Shown here piece by piece: positions 21,631 to 32,745 of a stretch of 64,000 bases of DNA. The DNA is taken from the NCBI GenBank assembly GCA_963847185.1, contig CAWJYV010000008.1, positions 448,001 through 512,000 on the forward strand. Direction: 5' to 3'. The notes below the pieces were generated by a model. It had not been told where the DNA came from. It searched no databases and worked only from the letters and a program-made list of their open reading frames with translations. This DNA is from an uncultured Methanosarcinaceae archaeon. Lineage in GTDB: Archaea; Halobacteriota; Methanosarcinia; Methanosarcinales; Methanosarcinaceae. A program made the position numbers and the translations under genes. Position 1 is the stretch's first letter; each line of letters opens with the position of its first letter.

Positions 21631-24357
21631 GTGTACTACGACCAGGAAGTTAACTTAGTTTTTGAGAGGTTGGAAACATCGGAAAAAGGTTTGAGTCCCG
21701 AAGAAGTCGAAAAGAGACTCGAGAAATATGGGGAAAATAAACTTGAAGACAAAGAAAAAACTTCTGTACTACGACTCTTTCTCTCACAGTTTAAAAGTAT
21801 TTTAATATTTATTCTAATAGCAGCCTCTATTGTATCGGCTCTACTCGGTGAATCGGTCGACGCAGTGGTGATTATTTTTACTGTTTTTCTTGCAGGTGTT
21901 CTCAGTTTCGTGCAGGAGTACAGAGCCGAAAAAGCAATTGAGCTGCTTAAATCTCTTACATCTCCTGAAGCTACTGTAATAAGAGATGGAGTTGAGAAAA
22001 AAGTCCCTTCACAAAAACTTGTTCCTGGAGATCTTATCCTGCTTCAGACTGGGGACCGCATTCCTGCAGATGCCAGGTTAATCAAAGAGATTAATCTCAA
22101 AATTGATGAGTCTTCCCTTACAGGAGAATCTGTGCCTGTTCAGAAGAGTATCGAATCCCTACCGTCTGAGACCCCTGAGACCGATAGGAGAAATATGGTA
22201 TATGCAGGTACTGCAGTCGCTTATGGAAGGGGCATGGCTGTTATTACAGCAACTGGAATGGAAACCTCATTTGGGGAACTTGCGGGGCTTCTGGGGACAA
22301 TAGAGAGATCCAGGACTCCTTTACAGGAAAACCTCGACAAATTTGGCAAATGGATTGGAGCTGCCACTCTGATAATCGTGGCTTTTGTCGCGATGCTTGG
22401 TGTTTTTTACGGTTTTCCCCTTCTGGATATGTTCCTATGGGGAGTTGCCCTTGCGGTTGCTGCCATTCCTGAAGCTCTTCCTGCAGTCGTTACAGTAGGT
22501 CTTGGGCTTGGAGTGAGACGTATGGTCAAAAGGCATGCTCTTGTGAGGAAACTACCATCTGTTGAAACCCTTGGAGTTACAAACGTTATCTGTTCTGACA
22601 AAACAGGCACACTTACACAGAACAAAATGACGGTTGAGAGAATATATATTAATGGACAGATTTTAAAGGTTACAGGAAATGGATATAATCCTGAGGGCGA
22701 TTTTTTTAAAGGGGATACGAAAATTTCTGCAGATGATGTGCATCTCAGGACTCTTTTACTTGGGTGCACTCTGTGTAATGATGCTGGCCTTTTTGGAGTA
22801 GACGGGGGATGGGAAATCACAGGGGATCCAACAGAAGCTTCTCTTGTAGTTGCTGCCGCAAAGGCAGGTTTCAAAAAAGATATTCTTGATCAAAAATACC
22901 CTCGTCTTGGGGAAATTCCGTTTTCCTCCGAACGAAAAAGAATGACTACTTTTAATAAACTTGAGTCAGGTTCTTATCTCTTTCCTGATGACAGTTTTAT
23001 TGCCTTCTCAAAAGGAGCTCCTGAGGTTATCTTGGATTCGTGCACTAAAATTCTCCTTAAAGGTGAAATAAGACCCTTAACTCCCGAGTTAAGGCAGGAG
23101 ATTTTAGAACAAGTACGGAAAATGGCTGATCAGGCTCTTAGAATTATGGCTTTCTCCTTCCGCCAGCTAGACGAGAGTAACTCTCCTGAGAAAATTTTTT
23201 CCGGAGAACTCACTGCTGATAGAATCGAGAGAGATATGACCTTTTCAGGGCTGACGGGTATGAGGGACCCTCCAAGAGAGGAAGTAAAAGTGGCAATCCA
23301 GATCTGTGCAGATGCCGGTATCAAAACAGTAATGATAACAGGAGATCACAAGGTTACAGCAGCTGCAATTGCAAAGGAACTTAATATTTTGAAGGAGAAC
23401 GACCTCACTCTCACCGGATCAGAGCTTGATAACCTTGAGGACAGCGAATTTGAAGACAAAGTTGAAAGAGTTTCAGTTTACGCCAGAGTTTACCCCACTC
23501 ATAAGCTGAGGGTCGTGGAAGCTTTTAAGAAAAAAGGTTATGTTGTGGCAATGACCGGAGACGGGGTAAATGATGCTCCTGCCCTCAAAGCTGCGGATAT
23601 GGGCATAGCCATGGGAATTACGGGCACTGATGTCAGCAAGGAAGCCTCAAGCATGATTCTCACCGACGACAATTTTGCGTCTATAGTCGCGGCGGTTGAG
23701 GAAGGAAGGAATATATTCAAAAACATTAGAAATTTTATAACGTATGGGCTCTCAGCTCACATTGGCGAAGTTCTAATAGTTCTTATCTCTATCCTGGGAT
23801 GGCAGATCCTGCCCCTTCTTGCAGTACAGATTCTCTGGATTAACTTGATTACCGATGGGCTCCCTCCAATGGCTCTGTCAGTTGAGCCTCCTGACGGAGG
23901 TCTCATGAAGCAGAAGCCAAGAAGTGTCAAAGAAGGACTGATTACCCGCCGTGAAATTGCAGCCGGACTTGGAATTGGAGGGTTGATTGCTCTACAAGCT
24001 CTTATCGTCTTAATTTGGGCTCTTAACAGAGGACTTCCTCTTGAAAAACTTCAGACTATGATCTTTGCGCTTGTAGTCTTTTCAGAGATGTTCAATGCCT
24101 TTAACTGGCGTTCTGACCGATATTCAATCTTTTCTCTGGGACTTTTTTCAAATAAAGCTCTGGTTTACGCAGTCCTTTCCACAGTGATTCTTCAGTTGAT
24201 GGTAATCTATATCCCTTTCTTTCAAAAGGCTTTCAGGACAGTTCCTCTTTCCCTTTTCGAGTGGGGGGTAATACTGACTCTTGCCTCTACCACGCTGATT
24301 TCCATGGAACTTGTAAAATACTTTTCTGGGAAAAAATTGTCGGAAAATGAATCCTGA
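21631..24357 (+). CDS. P-type IIA (Ca2+-transporting) ATPase
   Basis: TGES, IPEALP, DKTGTLT, KGAPE, TGDGVNDAPALK, WINLITDG. Confidence 0.95.
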   Translation: MYYDQEVNLVFERLETSEKGLSPEEVEKRLEKYGENKLEDKEKTSVLRLFLSQFKSILIFILIAASIVSALLGESVDAVVIIFTVFLAGVLSFVQEYRAEKAIELLKSLTSPEATVIRDGVEKKVPSQKLVPGDLILLQTGDRIPADARLIKEINLKIDESSLTGESVPVQKSIESLPSETPETDRRNMVYAGTAVAYGRGMAVITATGMETSFGELAGLLGTIERSRTPLQENLDKFGKWIGAATLIIVAFVAMLGVFYGFPLLDMFLWGVALAVAAIPEALPAVVTVGLGLGVRRMVKRHALVRKLPSVETLGVTNVICSDKTGTLTQNKMTVERIYINGQILKVTGNGYNPEGDFFKGDTKISADDVHLRTLLLGCTLCNDAGLFGVDGGWEITGDPTEASLVVAAAKAGFKKDILDQKYPRLGEIPFSSERKRMTTFNKLESGSYLFPDDSFIAFSKGAPEVILDSCTKILLKGEIRPLTPELRQEILEQVRKMADQALRIMAFSFRQLDESNSPEKIFSGELTADRIERDMTFSGLTGMRDPPREEVKVAIQICADAGIKTVMITGDHKVTAAAIAKELNILKENDLTLTGSELDNLEDSEFEDKVERVSVYARVYPTHKLRVVEAFKKKGYVVAMTGDGVNDAPALKAADMGIAMGITGTDVSKEASSMILTDDNFASIVAAVEEGRNIFKNIRNFITYGLSAHIGEVLIVLISILGWQILPLLAVQILWINLITDGLPPMALSVEPPDGGLMKQKPRSVKEGLITRREIAAGLGIGGLIALQALIVLIWALNRGLPLEKLQTMIFALVVFSEMFNAFNWRSDRYSIFSLGLFSNKALVYAVLSTVILQLMVIYIPFFQKAFRTVPLSLFEWGVILTLASTTLISMELVKYFSGKKLSENES

Positions 24358-24420
24358 CCTGGATAGTAGCAGGTAAAATAAAATTTCCTCTGACAGAATT
24401 TCTTCCTCCGGATTTTACCT

Positions 24421-26046
24421 TCATTTTTCAAGCTTTTTGTTGTAATAAAGGGTGAACTCCTTTCCGGGACGCAGGCTGAAGTTATAGGAAGCATACTCTT
24501 TTTCTGGTATTTCCCTGTACATCTGGTATGAAGCGGGTACAATTATTGCATCATACGATACGGTTGCAGGGAGTTTTCTGGAATAATTTGCTTTTTCGTA
24601 GTCCCTCAAATACCAGGGTAGGGGCCAGTAAAGGTTGTTTGGGTCTACGACATCTATACTGAGAGTTTGAGTCTCAAGGTTGAATCCCTCGATCTTCTGC
24701 ATAAGTTCCCTGATATCCAGAGATGCCTGGGTATGCGTCATCAGTTCGTCATCTTCCATACTTCTGTAGAAGTTTACCGAAATACACTGGAACAGAGATA
24801 TTACCAGGGTGAGCGCCAGAACTCCTGCTAAAAGGATATGGGCTCTTGAATGATTCCTTCTGGGGGCGGGAGTTTCTTCTATTGCGTAAGTTCTATCCTG
24901 GGATCTGGATATCTGCTCCATCTGTCTATTTTCAGGGCTCATGATTAAAAAGTCTCCCAGGTAAGCTCCTGCTAAAATTCCAAAAGGAAGAACAATATGC
25001 ACTACAAGCCAGGGAACTTTTTCCTGAAGATAGGAATATAGCAGAAAACTTGAAATTGCCCAGTAAGAAAGAAACAGGAAAAAAGGAGCATTTTTATCTT
25101 TTTTCTTCAGGAAATGGAAAATACCCAGTGTTCCAAACAAGATTATTGGGCTTTCATATGTAAGGAGAATTGGAATATAATAATAAAAGGGTCCACCTAT
25201 GCGTTCAATTTTGTGCATTTCCATCCAGTGGGAAAAAGCCCTTTCCACTACTGAAAAAGGAGAAACGTCATTTCTGAAAAGACTTGTGTAAAAGAACATT
25301 GCAATGAAAATGAAAAGAATACCTGAGAGGATAAGTTCAGGAAGAAAAGGCAGAAAAGCTGAGAGCTTGAGACGGAGAGCTTCTTTCAGACTTAAGTTTT
25401 CTTTTTTCCAATCTGAATAAAACCTGTACAAAATATAAATCCCGGAATAAGCTCCGAACATCAGGATGATCAGATAGGCATTTTCCTTTGAGGATACGGC
25501 AATTGCGAGAGAAGATGCGACAAGGATAAGATAGGGAAGTCTCTTTTGGCTGTGAAGATTTTCAAGATAGCGAGCTGCTCCTGCAACAGTAGCCAGAGTA
25601 CAGAAAACAATGATCATATCGTTCCTGAAAAATCTTGAAAAATATACCATGCTAGGAGAGAAAGAAAGTAAAAAAGTTGTCCATAGTACACCTTTTTTTC
25701 CAAGCTCTTTTTTTAGCAAAAACAGCAGAGCAATTGTCCCTACTCCGAAAAAGACAGGAATCAGGCGTGCTGTGCTATCATTTATTCCCAGAAAGTGAAA
25801 GATAAGTGCAGTAGAGTGGAAAAGGAAAGGGCCGTGATAAGCAGGGTCATAGCTGTAATGCCCGTTTTCTAGAAGTCTAAGGGTGAAACTTGCATGTACA
25901 CTTTCGTCATGGTGAAAAACTCTATTCCCAAGATCAAACAATCTGATCAATAGAGCAGAAAAAATGATCAAAAGTCCCAAAGCTTTATATTTTTTATCCG
26001 AAATACGCTGGGAGTTTCCGAAATTATTTTTTTCACTTTGCTGCAT
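24421..26046 (-). CDS. TIGR03663 / Agl23-like GT-C (PMT-like) membrane protein
   Basis: FHHDESVHA, YDPAYHGPFL, FSRFFRND, SKEN, QEKVPWL, WPLPWYLR. Confidence 0.85.
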   Translation of the reverse strand: MQQSEKNNFGNSQRISDKKYKALGLLIIFSALLIRLFDLGNRVFHHDESVHASFTLRLLENGHYSYDPAYHGPFLFHSTALIFHFLGINDSTARLIPVFFGVGTIALLFLLKKELGKKGVLWTTFLLSFSPSMVYFSRFFRNDMIIVFCTLATVAGAARYLENLHSQKRLPYLILVASSLAIAVSSKENAYLIILMFGAYSGIYILYRFYSDWKKENLSLKEALRLKLSAFLPFLPELILSGILFIFIAMFFYTSLFRNDVSPFSVVERAFSHWMEMHKIERIGGPFYYYIPILLTYESPIILFGTLGIFHFLKKKDKNAPFFLFLSYWAISSFLLYSYLQEKVPWLVVHIVLPFGILAGAYLGDFLIMSPENRQMEQISRSQDRTYAIEETPAPRRNHSRAHILLAGVLALTLVISLFQCISVNFYRSMEDDELMTHTQASLDIRELMQKIEGFNLETQTLSIDVVDPNNLYWPLPWYLRDYEKANYSRKLPATVSYDAIIVPASYQMYREIPEKEYASYNFSLRPGKEFTLYYNKKLEK

Positions 26047-26126
26047 TTTTCCTTAAACCTTCTGCATTGGCTGTTCCCTTATAAGGCATAGGTATATTTA
26101 AGGGGTAGGATGAAATAGTTTCTCTC

Positions 26127-26420
26127 ATGGCTGAAGTAAAAGTAAAGTTATTTGCAAATCTGCGTGAAGTAGCAGGCACATCGGAACTGGAGTTATCCGG
26201 AGAAAAGGTTCTTGATGTCCTCTTGTCCCTCACCGACAAATATTCCGGGTTAAAAGACCTTATTTTTGAAAAATCTGAAGGAAAAGGTGAAGTTCCTGTT
26301 ATGTGCGGTTCTATTAATGTCCTTATAAATGGAAATAATGTCAGACACCTTGAAGGGCTGGATACCCTGCTTTCGGATGCAGACGAAATCGCGGTTCTGC
26401 CTCCGGTTTCCGGGGGCTGA
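26127..26420 (+). CDS. moaD: Ubiquitin-like sulfur carrier MoaD/SAMP1
   Basis: VKLFANLRE...PPVSGG C-terminal di-glycine. Confidence 0.92.
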   Translation: MAEVKVKLFANLREVAGTSELELSGEKVLDVLLSLTDKYSGLKDLIFEKSEGKGEVPVMCGSINVLINGNNVRHLEGLDTLLSDADEIAVLPPVSGG

Positions 26421-26442
26421 TTTTTCTAAGGAGAGGAGAAGA

Positions 26443-27636
26443 ATGGGAAGGATATTCAAGGAACGAACTTCCATTGACGAAGCTTTGAGGCTTTTTCTTG
26501 AGAATATTTCTCCTCTCAGGAAAATAGAAGAAATTTCGCTCGAAGTTTGCACAGGTAGAGTACTGGCAGAAACTGTAGTTTCCGGCAGGAATGTTCCTCA
26601 CTATCACCGTGCTGCCATGGACGGTTATGCTGTGCTGGCCTCAGATACCCTGGGAGCTTCTCCTGCAAATCCTGTTTTACTGCAGCTTTCTGATTATGTG
26701 GAGGAAGGAAGCTTAAAATGGGTGCATACAGGGGCTGTAATGCCGAAGGAAGCAGATGCAGTTGTAGTTGTAGAGGATACAGTCACAACAGGAGATATCG
26801 TTGAGGTCAGGGCCCAGGTCTACCCTGGCAGAAATGTGACACAGGTCGGAGAGGACATAAAAAGCGGAGACCTTATTTTTGAAGAGGGTCACCTTCTTCG
26901 CCCCTGTGATGCAGCTGTGCTTGCATCAATAGGGTTTGACAGGGTAAAGGTTTTCCAAAAACCCGTTGTCGCAGTCATTCCCACTGGAGATGAGCTGGTA
27001 AGTCGTGAAAAGACTGGAGAAGTCCCTCCTCCGGGAATGGTTCTTGAAACTAATGGGCTGATGACTTCCCTCTATGTAGAGAAATGGGGGGGAGTTTCCA
27101 GATACATGGGGATAGTGCCTGATAATCCGGAAAGTATAAAAAAAGCGATAGAAGCAAATCTGGATGCAGATATGATTCTTCTTTCGGGCGGAACCTCGGT
27201 AGGGAAAAGAGATCATGTCCCTGAGGTTGTATCATCACTGGGGAAGTTACTTGTACACGGTATTGCAGTAAACCCCGGAAAACCCACAGCTCTTGGTACC
27301 ATAGATAATGTGCCTGTAGTTTGTCTTCCAGGTTATCCTGTTGCCGGAATTGTAGCCCTCTATTTCTTTGTTCGCCCAGGAATTCGAAGACTGGCATCAA
27401 TCTCAAACTTTTCTGAATTAGTTCTCAAAAGACGGCTTGCTGCAAAAATAAGGTCAAAAATAGGATATGTTAATTTTATCCGTGTTATTTTTGAAGGAAA
27501 TAAAGTGCGCCCCTTAACTGGAGATAAGTCTGATGCTCTGAGTTCTGTTGCAAAAGCTGACGGTTTTATCCTTATACCCGAAAACGTTGAAGGGTATGAA
27601 GAAGGAGAGGAAGTAGACGTCTTCTTAATAGAATGA
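26443..27636 (+). CDS. moeA: Molybdopterin molybdenumtransferase MoeA
   Basis: AAMDGYAV, TGDEL, SGGTSVG, LPGYP; start refined to ATG 26443 after GGAGAGG. Confidence 0.92.
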   Translation: MGRIFKERTSIDEALRLFLENISPLRKIEEISLEVCTGRVLAETVVSGRNVPHYHRAAMDGYAVLASDTLGASPANPVLLQLSDYVEEGSLKWVHTGAVMPKEADAVVVVEDTVTTGDIVEVRAQVYPGRNVTQVGEDIKSGDLIFEEGHLLRPCDAAVLASIGFDRVKVFQKPVVAVIPTGDELVSREKTGEVPPPGMVLETNGLMTSLYVEKWGGVSRYMGIVPDNPESIKKAIEANLDADMILLSGGTSVGKRDHVPEVVSSLGKLLVHGIAVNPGKPTALGTIDNVPVVCLPGYPVAGIVALYFFVRPGIRRLASISNFSELVLKRRLAAKIRSKIGYVNFIRVIFEGNKVRPLTGDKSDALSSVAKADGFILIPENVEGYEEGEEVDVFLIE

Positions 27637-27786
27637 TCATCCTCTCTGGTCACCTTCTTTTTGATCTCCAAAAGAATTGTAACCCAGAGAGTTAGAATGT
27701 ATAAAAAAGGCGAAAGAGCCACTTGTCAGATGTATTATTGACTTTACTCTTTCGCCTCAGCTGTTCTCTATTTTTAATTAAGGTTT

Positions 27787-29808
27787 TTACTTACTTCTTA
27801 CTACGATGTAGCTTGTCTTTTTTGATGTACTACTTCCCTTGGTGTTTTTAACTGTTAAGCTGATAGTATATCTTCCCGCTTTGGTAAAGGTGTGTGTAGC
27901 ATTAAGAGAATGTTTCGAATTTATGCCATCTCCAAAATCCCAATACCAGGACGTTGGTGTACCTCCGGTACCCGTATCTTTAAATAACACCGTAAGTGGC
28001 GCTCTTCCGGATGTCACGTTCGCAGAGAAAGCAGATACTGGAGGCTTTAAATTTGTAACAGATATATAATTTGTCTTCCTCACTGTGCTACTGCTATCCT
28101 TATTTTTCACCGTCAGGGTCACTGTGTATGTTCCCGATTTAGTATATGTATGTGTAGCTGTTCTGGCATTTTTTGAATTTATGCCATCTCCAAAGTCCCA
28201 ATACCAGGAAGCTGGTGTGCCTCCAGTGCTGGTATCAGTGAATAATACTTTTAATGGGGCATTTCCTGAGATTGGGGTCGCAGAGAAGTTTGCAACCAGT
28301 TTTTGCGTACCAAATACTGCTTGATATGCATTTATACGGCCTGAGCCATAGCTGTTATCCTTTCCCGTTGATCCGCGATCTACAGATGTACCTTCTAAAA
28401 TTTGTTTTACCCTAGAAGGCGTCAGAGACGGGTTATTCTCTAGCATTAACGCAACAGTGCCGGAAACGTGTGGTGTTGCCATGGAGGTTCCGGACATGTA
28501 GTCATATCCACCTCCCGGAAATGTTGAGATGATATTTAATCCGGGGGCAGAAACATCAGGTTTAATGTATGTTTGTCCTCCAAGAGTAACTGGACCACGA
28601 CTGCTAAAATATGCTATAGTATCAGATGAATCAGTTGCACCAATAGCGATTGAGTTAATTTCATCACCCGGACAGGAGATTGTATTAGATCCAGGTCCGG
28701 AGTTTCCAGCTGCTATTACAGGAACTACACCTGCTGCCACAACATTATTTATTGCAGTTGTATATATTTCCTGATGTGATGACCCACCACTGTAACTTAT
28801 AATATCAGCATTGTTATTGACTGCCCACTCAAAAGCAAGAATAACATCAGATGTATATCCATAACCCTCTTCACTAAATACTTTTGCTGCAATTAGCTTT
28901 GTACCAGGAGCGACTCCTGTACGTATACCGTTAGCCCCGGTTCCTGAAATGGTTCCGGCAACGTGGGTCCCATGCCCGTGATCATCATATGGAGAAGGAT
29001 ACGAGTTTACATAATCAATCCAACTTACAACTTTTGGATCATTTGTAATGGGATTTTCGTCAAGGTCGTCAAGATCTGGGTGATTAACATCGATGCCGGT
29101 ATCCACAACAGCAACAGTTACTCCTTTTCCAGTTATGCCTTGCTGCCATACTGTCTGCGCTCCAACTTTATCAACTCCCCATGCGTTTGCAGAGATTATA
29201 TTCGTATTCTGCATGCTAGAAGACTCTTTTATTTCTTTCAAAGAGGATTCAGGATTATCTACTAGATAAACAACTTCATCAAGCTCAATTTTTGAGACTT
29301 CGGGTTTCTTAGACAGAGAAACCAAAATTTCCGGCGTTACTTCAGCCGCGACAGCATTAACAAGTTTAATAGGCTTTATTTCCTGTGCTTTATTGGTAGA
29401 GTTTGCATCTCCTAGAAGCTGTATGATATTTTTTTGATCGCTTTCAATTTGGAATTCCCCATTAACGTTATTGAATGCAATTTGTTGATTTGCTAACACA
29501 ATAATTACTGGAATCTTTTCAGTAGCTGAAGCTTCAGCAATCTTTAAAGATAATGCTCCTGATATTTTATTATCTATGCTGATGTTATTGGATTCACTTG
29601 TGTAATTAGATAAATTTGTGTTATTATCTACATTTATTATATTCTCAGATACATTTGTGCTATTTGACATATTTATATTGTCAGATATGTTTATATCATC
29701 AGCTGTTGCTGTAAAAGGCAGCAATGATATTAACAAGAGTAATATACAGCTAATGCTTAACAATTGAGTATTTGTTTTTTTTAAAGAGCTTACGACCTTT
29801 TTTTCCAT
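27787..29808 (-). CDS. Secreted subtilisin-like S8 protease with propeptide and two C-terminal PKD domains
   Basis: VDTG, HGHGTHVAG, AAGNSG, SGTSMATPHV catalytic motifs; WYWDFGDG x2. Confidence 0.93.
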   Translation of the reverse strand: MEKKVVSSLKKTNTQLLSISCILLLLISLLPFTATADDINISDNINMSNSTNVSENIINVDNNTNLSNYTSESNNISIDNKISGALSLKIAEASATEKIPVIIVLANQQIAFNNVNGEFQIESDQKNIIQLLGDANSTNKAQEIKPIKLVNAVAAEVTPEILVSLSKKPEVSKIELDEVVYLVDNPESSLKEIKESSSMQNTNIISANAWGVDKVGAQTVWQQGITGKGVTVAVVDTGIDVNHPDLDDLDENPITNDPKVVSWIDYVNSYPSPYDDHGHGTHVAGTISGTGANGIRTGVAPGTKLIAAKVFSEEGYGYTSDVILAFEWAVNNNADIISYSGGSSHQEIYTTAINNVVAAGVVPVIAAGNSGPGSNTISCPGDEINSIAIGATDSSDTIAYFSSRGPVTLGGQTYIKPDVSAPGLNIISTFPGGGYDYMSGTSMATPHVSGTVALMLENNPSLTPSRVKQILEGTSVDRGSTGKDNSYGSGRINAYQAVFGTQKLVANFSATPISGNAPLKVLFTDTSTGGTPASWYWDFGDGINSKNARTATHTYTKSGTYTVTLTVKNKDSSSTVRKTNYISVTNLKPPVSAFSANVTSGRAPLTVLFKDTGTGGTPTSWYWDFGDGINSKHSLNATHTFTKAGRYTISLTVKNTKGSSTSKKTSYIVVRSK

Positions 29809-30035
29809 TTTTACCCGCTCCATTTCAGGACTTTTCACATCCTAATTATTTTTCTCTGATCAAGCAATCCTCAAAAAAATCAATACGTTTATTTATTTAA
29901 CAGGTGTCTAATAAATTATCATTATATAATTTAAATAGAAAATTTTGACTATATATAATTATACTTATGAATTAACTATAAACTCTGAAATTGTAGGGCA
30001 TTGATAAATTTTTAAGGAAAATCTTCTTAATTTTA

Positions 30036-30330
30036 TCTAGAACTGTTTAAAAAAGATGGGATTTTGCCGATACTTTTAATATATTCTATTTTGGAGTAAT
30101 CAATCCCAAATAAGGTGTAAGAAATTAGTATGTGTTGTATCGCTTGGTCTTGCACTATTAGTTGGTTGATTTTATTTTCCAGAACACTCTTAATGTCTTA
30201 CCTTGCCTTTTTTGCAATTCGGTAAGGTGAGTCAGTGAGGTTATAGTAGAGATGCTTTGATGTACAAAACGTAAGCATATTTCTACCATTGGAAAATTAA
30301 TAATGAAAACATCAACCATATAATGAGGAC
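30036..30330 (-). pseudogene. Probable degraded IS transposase C-terminal fragment with terminal IR-like end
   Basis: Minus frame ...LYYNLTDSPYRIAKKAR*DIKSVLENKINQ...IPSFLNSSR* ends inside CTAG-AACTGTTTAAAAAAG, an arrangement resembling an IS end with a CTAG target; family not certain. Confidence 0.3.
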
Positions 30331-30506
30331 GACCATCTTGCACTTATAATCAGAAATTAAATCTTGATTAGACGAAATCCTTCATATTTTTATTTAGAAT
30401 GACTCATTATTAAATAAAATAATGAATAAAATTTTATACTCAAAAGGCTAATCAAACGGAAAAATCGAATCAAACCTTAGTTTTTAATTGGTTTGAAAGT
30501 GATATT

Positions 30507-30887
30507 ATGCCCTCCGTAAACAGTGACCTTAATAAAATTCTCCTTATAGGTGCAGGCGGTTTTTTAGGGGCTATCTGCAGGTTTTTGTTCTGTGAACTTG
30601 TAGAAGCACAGCTTGGTACCCTGTCGGTAAATGTGCTGGGAAGTTTCCTGCTCGGCCTGATAATGTACGACACGGAGTATATAGGATTTATAAGTCCTGA
30701 AGGTAAGCTTGCTTTAGGTACCGGATTTATGGGGGCATTTACAACATTTTCTACATTTGCAGTGCAGTCTTTCACAATGCCTTTTTTTCCTGCCATAGGA
30801 AACATCAGCGCCAACCTTTTTCTTACTCTTACGGGTGTATTCATGGGTAGAGGAGTCATAAAAGCCCTTTCAAGGAGGCAGGGATAA
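30507..30887 (+). CDS. crcB: Fluoride channel Fluc/CrcB
   Basis: [31 protein letters not shown]. Confidence 0.93.
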   Translation: MPSVNSDLNKILLIGAGGFLGAICRFLFCELVEAQLGTLSVNVLGSFLLGLIMYDTEYIGFISPEGKLALGTGFMGAFTTFSTFAVQSFTMPFFPAIGNISANLFLTLTGVFMGRGVIKALSRRQG

Positions 30888-30889
30888 AA

Positions 30890-31261
30890 ATGTTTCCAGT
30901 TCCGGGCTCTGAAAAACTCCTGTTAATAGGTCTCGGTGGTTTCATAGGGTCACCTCTGAGATATATCGTTTCAAGCCGAGTTCCTAAAATCAAAAATATC
31001 CCTGCAGGGACTCTTACAGTAAATCTTCTGGGGAGTATTGTGCTTGCACTTCTTACTTTCTCTTCCGAGCCCGAATCTATGGTCTACTTCGTAAATATAG
31101 GGATTTTAGGTTCCTTTACTACTTTTTCTACCTTCGCTTATGAGACTTTTAAGTTGCTTGAAGAAGGACAAAATCTTTCTTTTTTCCTAAATATCTTCCT
31201 GAATGTCATACTTTGCATCTCAGGCGTAAGTTTTGCATATATGGCCCTTATGTACTCCTAA
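30890..31261 (+). CDS. crcB: Fluoride channel Fluc/CrcB, second subunit
   Basis: [32 protein letters not shown]. Confidence 0.93.
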   Translation: MFPVPGSEKLLLIGLGGFIGSPLRYIVSSRVPKIKNIPAGTLTVNLLGSIVLALLTFSSEPESMVYFVNIGILGSFTTFSTFAYETFKLLEEGQNLSFFLNIFLNVILCISGVSFAYMALMYS

Positions 31262-31406
31262 ATCTGCTTGATTTCCAGAGCACCTGAAATAAGCAGAAAA
31301 AGATTACCTGAAACAAAAGAATTACCTGAAAAACTACAGAAAATTTAAAAACAATCTCAAAAAAGATTCAATTAAAATAAAAAAAGTTAAATAAAAGCCC
31401 TTAAAA

Positions 31407-31589
<183 letters not shown>

Positions 31590-32016
31590 TCATTAAATTT
31601 TACTATAATTTCAATTTTATTTCTAATTTTTATTTTTCTCTGGCTTTATTAGTACTTTTTCACGTAGAACACTTACGTGCCATATACACTTATTGTGGAC
31701 ACTGCCGGTTGCCGCGGATTTCTGTTTCTCCTCGGCAGTGTCTCAACGAATAGGGTATTTCTACCATACCATTAAACAGATGATTTTCAATACCTTGCGG
31801 AATATTTAATATTCCTTGAAGCCTGAAAGTGCGAAAATATAAATGTTATCAAGCCTTGGTTTTATCATAAAGAGAAATGCTAGTAATTAAATGTTACGGA
31901 CATGAGCTAAAAACAGGGGTATAAAATAGGGCATAAACCTCTGAAAAATACTCATAAATGTAGATTTAAGACCTAAATATTAAAATAATGCAACCTGAAT
32001 ATTGCAGGATTCTTTT

Positions 32017-32745
32017 ATGAAAAAGGCAGTTAACGTAAAAAATGATCTCCTCGAAACCAGGCTTGTTGAAGCACGAGAGGAACTTATTGGTTTAAAAAAT
32101 TTTCCTGATTCTGAGTTTGTCAGCGTTATCAAGGAGCTGGGGTTTAAGTGTGAACTATGTGCACGCTGCTGTACTAAAGAGTTTAATGACCATGTTTTTT
32201 TGCTAGATGCAGATATCGCTGCAATAAGAAAAATAAACCCTGATGCTCTGGTGCCTGCTCCTTATTATGAGTTTTGCGACCAGAATGGCAAGTTTTATGT
32301 CTCAGGCTATTCTTTGAAAACAAAGCCTGACGGCTCTTGCATTTTCCTTGACAACAAACGCTGTAAGATCTATGAAAAGCGTCCTTCAATCTGCAGGGTT
32401 TACCCTCACATGCTCCACAGGGAAGCTGATGAATCAGGTAAGGTTGAATGGCGCCAGATAAGCGGCTTAAATGAACATGGAAGTTACCATTCGGAACTCG
32501 AAGACTGCGAATGTAAAGCAATTGCCGGAGATACCAGGGCTTACGAAGAAGCTTACCTGGTGCAGATAATCCATTTTCTTGAGGCTATCCAGGCTCATTT
32601 TCAAAAAAACGGTCTGAAACATGTTCAGAGGATATATGATCGCAGAATGAGGGAATTTCTTAAAGGTGAAAGTGAACTCGAAGTTTTTGTATATTCAGAG
32701 AACGGGTTTGAAAAGTATAATCTCAAATCTGATATCTGTTCATAA
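32017..32745 (+). CDS. YkgJ-family CxxCxxCC Fe-S/Zn cluster protein
   Basis: FKCELCARCC, CIFL...CKIYEKRPSICRVYP. Confidence 0.88.
   Translation: MKKAVNVKNDLLETRLVEAREELIGLKNFPDSEFVSVIKELGFKCELCARCCTKEFNDHVFLLDADIAAIRKINPDALVPAPYYEFCDQNGKFYVSGYSLKTKPDGSCIFLDNKRCKIYEKRPSICRVYPHMLHREADESGKVEWRQISGLNEHGSYHSELEDCECKAIAGDTRAYEEAYLVQIIHFLEAIQAHFQKNGLKHVQRIYDRRMREFLKGESELEVFVYSENGFEKYNLKSDICS

Noticed and set aside
30360-30506. Fluoride riboswitch upstream of the crcB pair
   Set aside because: No GGCGATGG...TAATGA-type consensus or pseudoknot is visible in this AT-rich leader.
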